DNA of 64,000 nucleotides from Ignavibacteria bacterium UBA6906 (GTDB taxonomy: Bacteria > Bacteroidota > Ignavibacteria > UBA10030 > UBA6906): contig DKBG01000042.1 in assembly GCA_002451155.1 (NCBI GenBank), positions 12,133-76,132 on the forward strand. Direction: 5' to 3'. Made by a program: the position numbers and the translations under genes. Shown here piece by piece: positions 49,598 through 59,746 of this stretch; position 1 is the stretch's first letter; each line of letters begins with the position of its first letter. The notes under the pieces were generated by a model that made no database searches, was not told where the DNA came from, and saw only the letters and a program-made list of their open reading frames with translations.

Positions 49598-51832
49598 CTA
49601 GAGGTTTCGCTTCCAGAACTCAAGCATCGTCGTGTACAGATGAATCCGTGCGGGGCGATCCGCAATACCGTGCATCCTCATCGGGTAAAGCATCAACTCG
49701 AACTGCTTGTTCGCCCGGATTAACTCATCGATAAAGGCCCAGGTGTTCTGAATGTGCACGTTGTCGTCGTAGGTCCCATGGACGATCAACAGTCTTCCGT
49801 TCAGATCCTTCGCGTAGCGCAGGAGGGAAGTTTCCTCCAACCCCTGAAGGTTGTCCGTCTCGGTCTTCATGGCCGATTCCCCGAACTTCGTATCGTAGAA
49901 GCGGAAGTCGGTCACTCCCGCGACGGCGATGCCGGCTTTGAACTCTTTCGACCGGGTCATTGCAAGCAGAGTATAACTCCCGCCACCGCTCCACCCCCAT
50001 ATTCCGACCCGCGTGGAATCGACGAACGGCTGGGTCTTCAACCAGCGAACCGCGTCTACCAGGTCGTGAAGTTCAGTCTCGGCCATGAAACGCCGCGTTA
50101 CCAGGTTCTCAAGGGTCTTGCTGGCCGCCGTTGCAGTGCGGGGATCGACGCGGGCAACAAGGAAGCCCTGTGCCAGCAGGAGATTGTCCCAGAGGATGTC
50201 TCGTTCCCACTGATTCAGGACCTGTGGCGCGGACGGTCCACCGTACACATAGAGTATCAACGGATACGTGCGCGTCGGATCAAAATCTGCCGGTTTCAGG
50301 ATCTGTGCCGGAAGGAGAAATCCGTCGCGCGCCGGAATAGAGAGGAGGGATGGGGTCTGGAGATGAAATTCCGTCAGACGGGCCTGAGTGTCACCGGCCA
50401 TTGTCGTGATCACTGAGCCGTCCCCCCGACAGAGCCGCAGCGACGGCATGACCGATGCGCTGGAATACTTGTCGAAATAATACGTGCCAGCGGTGTTCGA
50501 CGTGATCGTGTGAACGCCAGGCTCCTGTGAGACCCTCATAAACCCGGTCCCGTCAGGCCGGACCCTGTACAGGTGACGTTCCAGGGGGGACTTCTCCGTA
50601 GCCGTGAAGTAGATCCAGCCGTTCTCCTCGTCAACGGCGGTCACTGACTGGTCCAGCCAGAAGACACCGCCGGAACTCCGGAGGGACCAGGGACCATGTG
50701 TCACGCGGTTTACAAGTTTCCCTTCGAGCGTATACCGGTAGAGGTGTTTATAGCCATCCCGCTCAGAGGCCCAGAGAAAATGTTGTCCGTCCTTCATGAA
50801 GTGGAGATCATCGACGATGTTGACCCAGCCGCTGTCCTTTTCAGTGAGAATAAGCGATCCCCTGCCTGTCATCCTGTCCGCGAAGAAGAGATTGAGTTCC
50901 GTTTGCTGCCTATTCATCGTCTGGACGGCAAGCCTGCGTCCGTCGGGGAGCCATTTCACGCGGACGCAATATTCATACGGGTGGGTTCCCGGCACAACCC
51001 AGCGAATCTCCCCGGAGGCAACCTCGATGATTCCGGCGCGAACGACAGGATTCTTCTGTCCGATCTTCGGATACCTCTGGCGTATGACCCTCGGTGTCCA
51101 GGGCTTGAAATCCACGTAATATTGGACGCTGACCCCCGATTCATCCGTTTGAAGGAAGGCGATGGCTGACCCGTCATCGGACCACCAATACGCGCCATCC
51201 TTCCTCCCAAAGACTTCCTCCCAGTAGACCCATGAGAGTGTCCCGTTCAGGAGGCTGTCCGTTCCGTCACGGGTAAGCGGGCGTTCCCGTCTCGACAGAA
51301 GATCGTACAGGTACAGATTGTTCTGCCGGACGTACGCGATCTTTCCTCCGTCCGGGGAAAAGGAGAGGCATGTTTCCGCCTCACGGGTTTCAGTGATGCG
51401 AACGAAATCGGCCGTCTGGAAGCGGAGGAGATAGATATCCCCCCCAAACAGATACAGGCCGTTCCGGCCCGACCCATCAATCTCGAGCGGATTCGGAAGG
51501 GTTTCGGGGGCGAGGGAATCCCCGAGGAGCGATCTCATCGCCGCTAGAGCCCGGCCGGGGTCCACCAGCTGGGTCCGTCTCCCTGACGCCTGATTCAGAA
51601 TCTCCGGCGCCCGCTCACGCGCCGGACGACCGCGGTCATACACCAGAGCGCCGCCCGACGAGAGCCAGCGTACAGAGGGAAGGGACAGGACGTCGGCCGC
51701 TTCGGGACCGTAGATCCACTCAACGCTGAGTGTCTTTCCGGAGTCGGGCACCTGGCCCAACGCCGGATATTGTACGCATAACAGGTAGACAGACAGGGCA
51801 ATGCCGATAGCGCGATTCCGAGGCATTCGCAC
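49598..51832 (-). CDS. S9-family serine peptidase, DPP-IV-like, paralog of 33500-35749
   Basis: GIWGWSGGGSYT nucleophile motif and HGTYDDNVH. Same architecture and length (744 aa versus 749 aa) as the gene at 33500-35749. Confidence 0.85.
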   Translation of the reverse strand: MRMPRNRAIGIALSVYLLCVQYPALGQVPDSGKTLSVEWIYGPEAADVLSLPSVRWLSSGGALVYDRGRPARERAPEILNQASGRRTQLVDPGRALAAMRSLLGDSLAPETLPNPLEIDGSGRNGLYLFGGDIYLLRFQTADFVRITETREAETCLSFSPDGGKIAYVRQNNLYLYDLLSRRERPLTRDGTDSLLNGTLSWVYWEEVFGRKDGAYWWSDDGSAIAFLQTDESGVSVQYYVDFKPWTPRVIRQRYPKIGQKNPVVRAGIIEVASGEIRWVVPGTHPYEYCVRVKWLPDGRRLAVQTMNRQQTELNLFFADRMTGRGSLILTEKDSGWVNIVDDLHFMKDGQHFLWASERDGYKHLYRYTLEGKLVNRVTHGPWSLRSSGGVFWLDQSVTAVDEENGWIYFTATEKSPLERHLYRVRPDGTGFMRVSQEPGVHTITSNTAGTYYFDKYSSASVMPSLRLCRGDGSVITTMAGDTQARLTEFHLQTPSLLSIPARDGFLLPAQILKPADFDPTRTYPLILYVYGGPSAPQVLNQWERDILWDNLLLAQGFLVARVDPRTATAASKTLENLVTRRFMAETELHDLVDAVRWLKTQPFVDSTRVGIWGWSGGGSYTLLAMTRSKEFKAGIAVAGVTDFRFYDTKFGESAMKTETDNLQGLEETSLLRYAKDLNGRLLIVHGTYDDNVHIQNTWAFIDELIRANKQFELMLYPMRMHGIADRPARIHLYTTMLEFWKRNL

Positions 51833-51923
51833 GTGTTCCTCACAGTACAGACGGTTAGATACGGATGGACATCAGGGAAAGAACGACCGGACGAGCACGG
51901 CACCGGACTTAACGTCCGGAGCG

Positions 51924-53315
51924 TCACACCGTCCGGGAAAAAATAGGTTTGGTCTTCAGCATCGCATCGAGGTATGCGTCGAAGCACATCGCGATATTCC
52001 TAAGCAGGAGTCTCCCCGAGCCCACGATCTGGATCCGGCGTCCGGTGGTTTCCACCAGACCGTCCTCCTCGAATGCCCGAAGCATGCCGAGAGAATCCGC
52101 AAACGTCTCTTCGAAGTTGATCCCGAAACGCTCTTCTACTGACGCCACATCCAGCTCCAGATCGCACATCAGGCGCATGATCACGTGCTTGCGGATGAGG
52201 TCGTCGTTGGTCATGCGGTACCCCACGCGCGTCGCCAGCCGCCCCGCATCAAGATCGGCGTAGTACTCGGGGAGATGTTTCGTATTCTGCGCGTACACGG
52301 TCTGAAAATGACTGATTGCTGACATGCCGAACCCGTAGAGGTCCGCCTCCGCTTTCGTCGAATACCCCTGGAAATTTCTGTACAGGGTTTTTTCCTTCTG
52401 TGCGAGGGCGAGCTCATCCGTGGTTTTCGCAAAATGATCCATCCCGATATACTCATACCCGTTGGAGCAGAAGTATTCAATTGACATTTTCAGGAGCGCG
52501 AGTTTCAGGTCTGGAGCGGGCAGGTCCTCCTGTCGGATCAGCTTCTGATGCGGCTTCAACCATGGGACGTGCGCATAATTGAACAGGGCAATCCGATCCG
52601 GGCTGTATTCAACAATTTTCCGGAGCGTGCGTTCGAATCCCTGGAGGGTCTGGAACGGCAACCCGTAGATCAAATCCATGTTCACGCTGCCGAAGCCGAG
52701 TTCGCGCGCCCACATGTACACCTTTGTCGTCATTGACTCGGGCTGAATTCTGTTGACTGCCCGCTGGACCTGTTCGTCGAGGTCCTGGACCCCCATGCTC
52801 ATCCGGTTAAACCCGGAGTCCCGCAGCGCCTGCAGATGGTCCCGGGTCAACTCGCGCGGGTCGACCTCAACACTGATTTCCGCCTCCGGCGCGACCCGGA
52901 AGGCAGAGTGGATAGCGAGCCCGACATCACGGATCTGATCGGGGGAACAGTGCGTCGGGGTCCCGCCCCCCCAGTGCAGTTGCACGACGCGTCTCAGGGG
53001 GGAGAGGAGGGGGGCGATTGCCGCGATTTCACGTTTGAGATAGCGATTATATTCTTCGATCCTATTCCGGTCACGCGTGACCAGCATGGTGCATCCACAA
53101 AAATAGCAGAGGGTATCGCAGAAGGGAAAATGAAAATACAGAGAGAGGTCGGTCGTGACAGCCGGACTGTTGGTGTTGAGAATTTCCTGATGGTAATCGC
53201 CCGCACTGAAGGAAGAGCTGAACAGCGGCGCTGTGGGGTAACTCGTGTAGCGGGGGCCCGGGCGATCATACTTCCGGAGCAGATCAAGGTCAACCTGAGA
53301 GAACAGCCTTCCCAT
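51924..53315 (-). CDS. hemN: oxygen-independent coproporphyrinogen III oxidase (radical SAM, HemN)
   Basis: Radical SAM cluster motif FPFCDTLCYFCGC, N-terminal LLRKYDRPGPRYTSYPTA typical of HemN, and the HemN_C region. Confidence 0.85.
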   Translation of the reverse strand: MGRLFSQVDLDLLRKYDRPGPRYTSYPTAPLFSSSFSAGDYHQEILNTNSPAVTTDLSLYFHFPFCDTLCYFCGCTMLVTRDRNRIEEYNRYLKREIAAIAPLLSPLRRVVQLHWGGGTPTHCSPDQIRDVGLAIHSAFRVAPEAEISVEVDPRELTRDHLQALRDSGFNRMSMGVQDLDEQVQRAVNRIQPESMTTKVYMWARELGFGSVNMDLIYGLPFQTLQGFERTLRKIVEYSPDRIALFNYAHVPWLKPHQKLIRQEDLPAPDLKLALLKMSIEYFCSNGYEYIGMDHFAKTTDELALAQKEKTLYRNFQGYSTKAEADLYGFGMSAISHFQTVYAQNTKHLPEYYADLDAGRLATRVGYRMTNDDLIRKHVIMRLMCDLELDVASVEERFGINFEETFADSLGMLRAFEEDGLVETTGRRIQIVGSGRLLLRNIAMCFDAYLDAMLKTKPIFSRTV

Positions 53316-53392
53316 CAACACCTCCAACCGGCGAATGCGGAGAACATAATTACAGAATACTGAGTTTTCGTCGGAATATCAAGGCTGCCCGC

Positions 53393-53854
53393 TCACTGGA
53401 CCATGATCGTCGGATTCACTTCGACGATTGAATCGATAGAATTTGTCACAAGACAGTGCTTCTGGGCTCCCTCCAACACGGTGAGGACGTCGTCCTCCTT
53501 CGCTCCTCGAGTGACAACGATAGTTGGAAAGATCACAATCCGGGTAAACCGGTACTGGCCGTCGATGAATTCGAGAACCCCGTTTGCGTGGCTTCGATAC
53601 GAATGGATCGGGAGGTCCGCCTTTTCAGCGAACGCCAGAAACGTCGACATGTGACAGATCTCAACCGAGGCGACAAACATCTCCTCCGGTGTCCACGATT
53701 CTTTCTCCCCGCCGAACTCAGGAGGGCTTGAGATTGTAATGGACGGCTTGCCCTCGGATGAGAGCCTTCCCCTTCTTCCTGAAACCCACTCGGTGCTGGT
53801 GCGGTAGGTAAAGATCCTGTGTTTCAATCCTGAGGGATCACCTGTTTTCATCAT
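53393..53854 (-). CDS. OsmC/Ohr-family peroxiredoxin-like protein
   Basis: 153 aa with two conserved Cys in OsmC-like spacing (..VEICHMSTFLAFA.. and ..AQKHCLVTNSI..). Confidence 0.6.
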   Translation of the reverse strand: MMKTGDPSGLKHRIFTYRTSTEWVSGRRGRLSSEGKPSITISSPPEFGGEKESWTPEEMFVASVEICHMSTFLAFAEKADLPIHSYRSHANGVLEFIDGQYRFTRIVIFPTIVVTRGAKEDDVLTVLEGAQKHCLVTNSIDSIVEVNPTIMVQ

Positions 53855-54359
53855 GCGTCTGTCGTCCGAAGAGTTTTGAGGAGTCGTTGCCGGGTATAGG
53901 AAATCAATCCGCCGGCATCCAGAATCGCCTGGCGGGCTTTCGGCAGCGGGAGGACCGCAAACCGTCCTCCGCTTGTTCGATTACGGATGACTTCCCCAAC
54001 GATTTCCACGGTATCACCTTCCGCCGCCTCAAAGCCGGGAGCGGTGATGAGGTTCAGCCCGAGGTTGATTGCATTCTGCATAAATATTCGGGCGAAGCTT
54101 CCCGCAACAACAGTCAGTTCATACCCTTTGAGGGTGGAGACAGCCTGTTCACGCGACGAGCCGCACCCGAAGTTCTTCCCGGCGGCGATCACGCTCCCCG
54201 GGGGGATCTCACCTGACTTCAGCCGGGTGTTGAAGCCGGCAAGGTCGGCAAATGCGAACTGGGGGGTTTCCGACGGAAGCACGGTCGCCATGTACCGGCC
54301 AGGGTAGATCACGTCTGTCGAGATGTCATCACCAAGAGTGAGCACAACTGCAGGCATTA
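53851..54359 (-). CDS. leuD: 3-isopropylmalate/homoaconitate dehydratase small subunit (LeuD type 2)
   Basis: MPAVVLTLGDDISTDVIYPGRYM... and ...AAGKNFGCGSSREQA. The listed ORF is extended at its 5' end. The internal Met gives a 169-aa LeuD-like protein that abuts the LeuC stop. Confidence 0.8.
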
Positions 54360-55652
54360 CGCACGCGCTCCTTTCCGCGGATCCGTTATGACCCCCGTGA
54401 TGGCAGACGCCGCAGCCACCGCGGGCGAACAGAGATAGACCTCCGAATTGGGATTTCCCATTCTTCCCTTGAAATTGCGATTGGTCGTTGACAGGGCAGT
54501 CTCGCCGTCCCCGAGTGCACCCTCGTGGACTCCAAGGCACGGCCCGCACCCGGGATTCATCACCAGAGCTCCGGCCTGCACGAGGTCCGCCACCATCCCC
54601 TGCTCAAGGGCCTGCGAGTAGATTCGTCCGGAGGCCGGAAATACCAGCATCCGCGTATTCGACGCCACTTTCCTCCCGCGCAGGATCCCCGCAGCCATGG
54701 CGAGATCATCAAGACGGCCATTCGTACATGATCCAATGACGATCTGATCGACCGGTTTTCCCTCCACTGCGTCAATCGATTTGACATTGTCCACGGTATG
54801 GGGACAGGCGATCTGTGGCGTCAGCTCCGACACATCGATCGAAAGGTGCTGATCGTACACCGCATCGGGATCCGGCAGCACACGGTGCACGATATCCCGA
54901 ACGCCCGCCTCGTCTCTCAGATACCGCACCGTCTCATCGTCACACGGAACGATCCCGGCTGTCGCGCCGGCTTCCACAGCCATATTACAGATAACGAGTC
55001 GTCCCGAGGTAGACATCGACGTGACCGTGCTACCGTGATATTCAATGACTCGAAAGTTCGCACCCTGCGCCGTCAGCATTCCAATCAGATGAAGCACCAG
55101 ATCCTTCGGACCGACAAACGGAGGGAATGTCCCGCTGACGTTGACATTGATGGTCGCAGGCACTTCGACGTTCACCGCAATGCCCAGCGCCCAGACACTT
55201 GCCATTTCCGTTGCCCCGATGCCGAAGGCAAACGCCCCCAGGGCCCCATGGCTTGTGGTGTGAGAATCGGTGCCCACCACCACGAATCCCGGCCGCACGT
55301 AGCCACTTTCGGGGAGAATCTGGTGGCAAATCCCTCCGACATCTCCTCTGATGTCGTGGAACTTCCGGATCGCGTGCTTTGCTACGAATGCGCGGATCTT
55401 CTTCTGATTTGTCGCCGTCTTGGGCGATTCCGCGGGAACCCGGTGATCGAAAATGATTGCCACTCTTGCTGGATCCCAGACTGCCGGGTCGAGACCGGTT
55501 TCTTTGTACACCTCGAGAAATTGGTTGATTACGAGGGCCGCGTTCTCATGCGACATGGCCAGATCCACAGCCGGTTCCACGACTTCGCCAGCGGTCACCA
55601 CCTGCCGGCCGGTGGCGCGAGCCAAAATCTTTTCAACGATTGTCATGCCCAT
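54357..55652 (-). CDS. leuC: 3-isopropylmalate/homoaconitate dehydratase large subunit (archaeal/type-2 LeuC, aconitase family)
   Basis: MGMTIVEKILARATG... N-terminus and aconitase-family cluster ligands (GSCTNGR, NPGCGPCLG) in 431 aa. Confidence 0.85.
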   Translation of the reverse strand: MGMTIVEKILARATGRQVVTAGEVVEPAVDLAMSHENAALVINQFLEVYKETGLDPAVWDPARVAIIFDHRVPAESPKTATNQKKIRAFVAKHAIRKFHDIRGDVGGICHQILPESGYVRPGFVVVGTDSHTTSHGALGAFAFGIGATEMASVWALGIAVNVEVPATINVNVSGTFPPFVGPKDLVLHLIGMLTAQGANFRVIEYHGSTVTSMSTSGRLVICNMAVEAGATAGIVPCDDETVRYLRDEAGVRDIVHRVLPDPDAVYDQHLSIDVSELTPQIACPHTVDNVKSIDAVEGKPVDQIVIGSCTNGRLDDLAMAAGILRGRKVASNTRMLVFPASGRIYSQALEQGMVADLVQAGALVMNPGCGPCLGVHEGALGDGETALSTTNRNFKGRMGNPNSEVYLCSPAVAAASAITGVITDPRKGARA

Positions 55653-55707
55653 ACAGGGTATCCATTTTCCGGTATACTGGGTTGTAGTACGGATCGCCGG
55701 CGAGAGA

Positions 55708-56931
55708 TCAGATCACCCGTCTCTCCCGAAGTGATTCTATCTCCCGATCATCGTATCCGAGATCCTTCAATACTTCATCGGTATGCTCTCCCAGACGGGG
55801 AGGAGGTGACTCCACCAGTCCGGGCGTCTTTTCAAACTTCGCGGTAAGATTGAAGAGACTGACCTCTCCAATTCCGTCGACGGTTACAGATGAAAACGCT
55901 TCCCGATGGCCGATCTGCTCCTGCTTCAGCGCTTCTTCAAGAGACAGAATCTCCCCCGAGGGGACATCGCGATCATTGAGTTCCCGCACCCAGTATTCTG
56001 TCTCTCGTTCAGCCAGCCGGGCTTCAAGGAGTGGTGTCAAGTCTTTTCTATTCTTCTTTCTCGTATCTCGCTCCTGGAACCTCGGGTCTGTTTTGAGCTC
56101 AGCGAGACCAAGGACATCCGCAACGGCTTCCCACTGCTCCTGCTTATTTGCGGCGATGTTGATGTAGCCATCCCGGGTTTTAAAGGTCCCCGAGGGGGCG
56201 GCGGTGAAATTGTCATTCCCCATAAGAACCGGTTGCTGGCCCCCGATCATGAGGTTCGCCACCACCCAGCCCATCAATGGCATGATGGAATCGAGGAGCG
56301 CCACGTCAATATGCTGACCTTCGCCCGTGCGGTCCCTGTGCAGGAGCGCTGCCATCACGGCAAACGCGGCGTTCAGCCCACCCACCGTATCGCAGACGGG
56401 AAAGCCCGCACGGAGAGGAGAGCAACGCTCATCGCCGTTGACCGCCATTTCACCGCTGAGCCCCTGGATGATCTGGTCGTAGGCGGGCTTCAAGGAGTCC
56501 GGGCCGGTTTGCCCGAACCCGGAAATCGCGCAATAGACAAGTCGCGTATTGAGTTGACGCAGCGTCTCATATCCGAGACCGAGTCTTTTCATGACGTCCG
56601 GCCGGAAGTTCTCCACCAGAACGTCGGCGGATTTGACCAGCTTCTTGAGGATTTCTTTTCCCTCACCCGCCTTCAGATTAAGGGTGAGCGACTTCTTGTT
56701 TGCGTTCTGCGCGAGGAAACTTGTCCCCATGAGCATTGCATTGTAGCGAGGAACACACCCAAGAGTTCTCGCAAGGTCTCCCCCGGTAGGGTTTTCAATC
56801 TTGATGACCTCTGCTCCCAGGAGGGCGAGATGGAGTGTGGCAAACGGACCCGAGAGCACATTCGTCAGATCCAAGACCCTGATCCCCTCGAGTAGTCTTC
56901 TTCTTCCGTTCATACCCTTTCCCAAAGACAT
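55708..56931 (-). CDS. family III CoA-transferase (CaiB/BaiF family)
   Basis: LEGIRVLDLTNVLSGPFATLHLALLGAEVIKIE N-terminal signature. The internal start MSLGKGM lies about 22 nt below the HMGL-like gene stop. Confidence 0.8.
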   Translation of the reverse strand: MSLGKGMNGRRRLLEGIRVLDLTNVLSGPFATLHLALLGAEVIKIENPTGGDLARTLGCVPRYNAMLMGTSFLAQNANKKSLTLNLKAGEGKEILKKLVKSADVLVENFRPDVMKRLGLGYETLRQLNTRLVYCAISGFGQTGPDSLKPAYDQIIQGLSGEMAVNGDERCSPLRAGFPVCDTVGGLNAAFAVMAALLHRDRTGEGQHIDVALLDSIMPLMGWVVANLMIGGQQPVLMGNDNFTAAPSGTFKTRDGYINIAANKQEQWEAVADVLGLAELKTDPRFQERDTRKKNRKDLTPLLEARLAERETEYWVRELNDRDVPSGEILSLEEALKQEQIGHREAFSSVTVDGIGEVSLFNLTAKFEKTPGLVESPPPRLGEHTDEVLKDLGYDDREIESLRERRVI

Positions 56932-56953
56932 CGCATTCCGGTGAGTTGCACGT

Positions 56954-57871
56954 TCAGGCGCCCGGAGTCTCCGGGATCGCGCCAGTCTTGTAGACGGTAC
57001 CAGGCAGATCCCGGCCGAAGAACTCTGCCACATCTTCGGCGAGGTGGAGAAGCGCGGGCAGGTCTACCTCCGTCCGGAGACCCATTCTGTGCAGCATATG
57101 GACCAGATCCTCTGTCGCCACATTTCCGCCCGCAATTCTTGTAAACGGGCAACCACCCAACCCCCCGATCGACGATTCGAATGATCGCACACCCACCCGC
57201 AGCGCGGCATAGCAGTTTGCCAGCGCCAGCCCATACGTGTTATGAAAATGGCATGCGAGGTCCACTGTTTCATCGATTTTGAGAATTCGCCCGTAGAGCC
57301 GTTCGACCTGATCGGGCGAGGCGTGCCCGGCCGTATCGGCCAGACTGATGTTCTGGAGTCCGGCATTCAGGTATCGTTCCACGATGGCGAGGACCCGTTC
57401 CGGCGGAACAACTCCCTCATAGCCGCAGCCAAAAGCGGATTGGACCGACACTTGTACTTTTGATCCGGCACGTTCCGCCTCACCAGCAATGGCGACGATT
57501 CTGTCTGTCGCTTCGGTGACGGACATTCCTGTATTTTTTTTGCTGTGGGTTTCGCTTGCAGAGACGCCCATGCAGAACAGTTCCACTCCGCAGGCCAGGC
57601 CTCGTTCCAACCCCTTTTCGTTCAGGACAAGCGCGGATAAGGTCGGGCCTTTCGGCTTGGACCTTTCCGAATCCAGCTCGGTGAAGAGCCGGTCGGTATC
57701 CGCCATTTGCGGGACTTTGCCTGGGTGGACAAACGACCCGACCTGAACCAGATCCACTCCTGTACCGGCCACTCGACGGATCCATTCAAGCTTTGTCTCC
57801 AGTGGGACGACCCGCTCCTCCATCTGGAGTCCATCTCTCAGCCCCACTTCATGGACAACGATACGATGCAT
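56954..57871 (-). CDS. HMG-CoA-lyase-like (HMGL-family TIM-barrel acyl-CoA lyase)
   Basis: MHRIVVHEVGLRDGLQ, the RDGLQ signature of HMG-CoA lyase-type enzymes (not the RDGEQ of LeuA/CimA), and 305 aa. Confidence 0.75.
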   Translation of the reverse strand: MHRIVVHEVGLRDGLQMEERVVPLETKLEWIRRVAGTGVDLVQVGSFVHPGKVPQMADTDRLFTELDSERSKPKGPTLSALVLNEKGLERGLACGVELFCMGVSASETHSKKNTGMSVTEATDRIVAIAGEAERAGSKVQVSVQSAFGCGYEGVVPPERVLAIVERYLNAGLQNISLADTAGHASPDQVERLYGRILKIDETVDLACHFHNTYGLALANCYAALRVGVRSFESSIGGLGGCPFTRIAGGNVATEDLVHMLHRMGLRTEVDLPALLHLAEDVAEFFGRDLPGTVYKTGAIPETPGA

Positions 57872-57880
57872 AGAGCACTC

Positions 57881-58999
57881 TCACAGGTGTGCCGCGATGG
57901 CCTCTGCCATCTCGAGCGTGCTGTTCCTTCCCCCCATGTCGTACGTCCTCACCTTGCCTTCCCGGATAACATCGGCAGTTGCCTGCTCAAGCCGGTTCCC
58001 TTTCTCGGTTTCGCCCAGCCAATCGAGCATCATCTTGGCGGCAAGTATCGTAGCGATCGGGTTCACTCTGGACTGACCGGCATACTTGGGGGCAGACCCG
58101 TGAGAAGGCTCAAAAACCGCGAGGGATTTTCCAATATTCCCGGAGCAGCCGAATCCGAGCCCCCCGACCATCTGTGCGGCAAGGTCTGAGATAATGTCGC
58201 CATACAGATTAGGGGCGACCAGCACGTCGTAGCTGCTCGGGTTCTTCAGGAGCCACATGCAAATCGCGTCTACGTTCGCGTCATCGACGTGGATCCCGGG
58301 ATACTCCCGCGACACTCGCTTCGCCTCCTCGAGGAAGAGGCCGTCGGTGGCCCGGACCACGTTCGCTTTGTGAACAATCGTGACCTTTCGCCGATTCTGC
58401 GTCCTCGCAAACTCGAATGCCGAGCGGACAATCCGTTCCGACCCCCTTTTCGTGTTGATCTTACAGGAGACAGCATACTGATCTCCCGGCAGATTCTTAA
58501 ATCCGTGGAACGGCCGGGATAGTCTGCCGAGCACGTCCGCGAGTTCCTGCGGGACGGGAGAGAATTCGACCCCGGCATACAGATCCTCCGTGTTTTCCCG
58601 GAACACCACGAGGTCAACTTTTTCCTGGTAGTTGAGGGGATTCCCCGGATACGCCTTGCATGGACGGAGGCAGACATAAAGGTCGAACATCTGTCTCATT
58701 CGCACAATTGGCGAGCGGTACATGAGTCCTTTGCCTCTCAGCTCCGGCACGAGTTCGGCCTCGGCGGTTTTTGCCGGTTTCGAGGTAATCGCTCCGAACA
58801 TGGCCGCATTGACGCTCTTCAGGAGCGCAATTGTCCTCTCCGGGAACGCATCCCCCTCCGTGCGCCAGTATTCCCAGCCGATGTCACCGTGGAGATACTC
58901 AGCATCGAGAGCTATCCGGTCCAGGACTATCCTGGCCGCGTCCATGACATCATTTCCGATCCCGTCGCCGGGAAGCCACGCAATTTTGTATTTGCTCAT
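57881..58999 (-). CDS. isopropylmalate/isocitrate/homoisocitrate dehydrogenase-family enzyme (LeuB-like)
   Basis: MSKYKIAWLPGDGIGNDV N-terminus, decarboxylating dehydrogenase fold, 372 aa. Confidence 0.8.
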   Translation of the reverse strand: MSKYKIAWLPGDGIGNDVMDAARIVLDRIALDAEYLHGDIGWEYWRTEGDAFPERTIALLKSVNAAMFGAITSKPAKTAEAELVPELRGKGLMYRSPIVRMRQMFDLYVCLRPCKAYPGNPLNYQEKVDLVVFRENTEDLYAGVEFSPVPQELADVLGRLSRPFHGFKNLPGDQYAVSCKINTKRGSERIVRSAFEFARTQNRRKVTIVHKANVVRATDGLFLEEAKRVSREYPGIHVDDANVDAICMWLLKNPSSYDVLVAPNLYGDIISDLAAQMVGGLGFGCSGNIGKSLAVFEPSHGSAPKYAGQSRVNPIATILAAKMMLDWLGETEKGNRLEQATADVIREGKVRTYDMGGRNSTLEMAEAIAAHL

Positions 59000-59095
59000 A
59001 CAGGTTCCGTTTGTTCATGGTCACTCCGGCGGGGACCCTGCCTTCCATTCCATGATAGAGGATCCTTTGCCTGCCGGCTATCACCTATTGATGCC

Positions 59096-59668
59096 TTACA
59101 CCGTTTCCTTCTTCGCCACAGGGTGCTCAACGGACGCCGTGAACGCCTCTCCCGCCTGGACACCCAGACCAAGGCCGAGGCCGAGGAGCAACCCATCCAG
59201 AAAATTGTCACGGAACAGCGTTGCGGGAAGTCCTCCACCGCCCGCGAACAGATCCGACAGAAGAGTCAGCATGACGAACATGGCACCGTAGGTCAGGCTG
59301 ACTACGGCGAACTTCATCCGCCGGTGCGTTGCGAGCTTCCGTTCAAACAGGAAGGCCAGCGCAATCACCGGCACATTCAGCCCGAAGGAGAAGAGGATGG
59401 ATCGCATCATCGTCACGTAGGCCGACCCGACAGTAAACTGTGCGGCGCTGATGACGACAGCGGCGGTAATCGCCTCGGAGAGCCCTCTGACATGGTAGAA
59501 GGCGAAGATCAGCGCCCCGCTGAAGCCGAACGACACAAATGCGAACCCGGCGCTTGTAGGGCTGAACACCATGGTCCCGTACGATAACAGGCCAACCACA
59601 ACTGCTCCTGCGACTCCGGCGATGGTGATGACGATGATGGTCACGATGTGCGCGAGTGATGGTTTCAT
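59096..59668 (-). CDS. integral membrane protein of unknown function (5-6 TM helices)
   Basis: Strongly hydrophobic throughout. The probable start is MKPSLAHIVTIIV. Confidence 0.5.
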   Translation of the reverse strand: MKPSLAHIVTIIVITIAGVAGAVVVGLLSYGTMVFSPTSAGFAFVSFGFSGALIFAFYHVRGLSEAITAAVVISAAQFTVGSAYVTMMRSILFSFGLNVPVIALAFLFERKLATHRRMKFAVVSLTYGAMFVMLTLLSDLFAGGGGLPATLFRDNFLDGLLLGLGLGLGVQAGEAFTASVEHPVAKKETV

Positions 59669-59746
59669 GGTTTCTCCTTTCGCAATAGGAAACAGGGATG
59701 CCACTCCATCGGTGCGAAACGCCAGCTGGCCCTCATCCACCCCTCG

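Noticed and set aside
54798-56895. Two long plus-strand ORFs (349 aa and 329 aa)
   Set aside because: They are antisense to leuC and the CaiB CoA-transferase. Composition is Arg/His/Cys-rich and they have no motifs, while the opposite-strand genes have strong family signatures.
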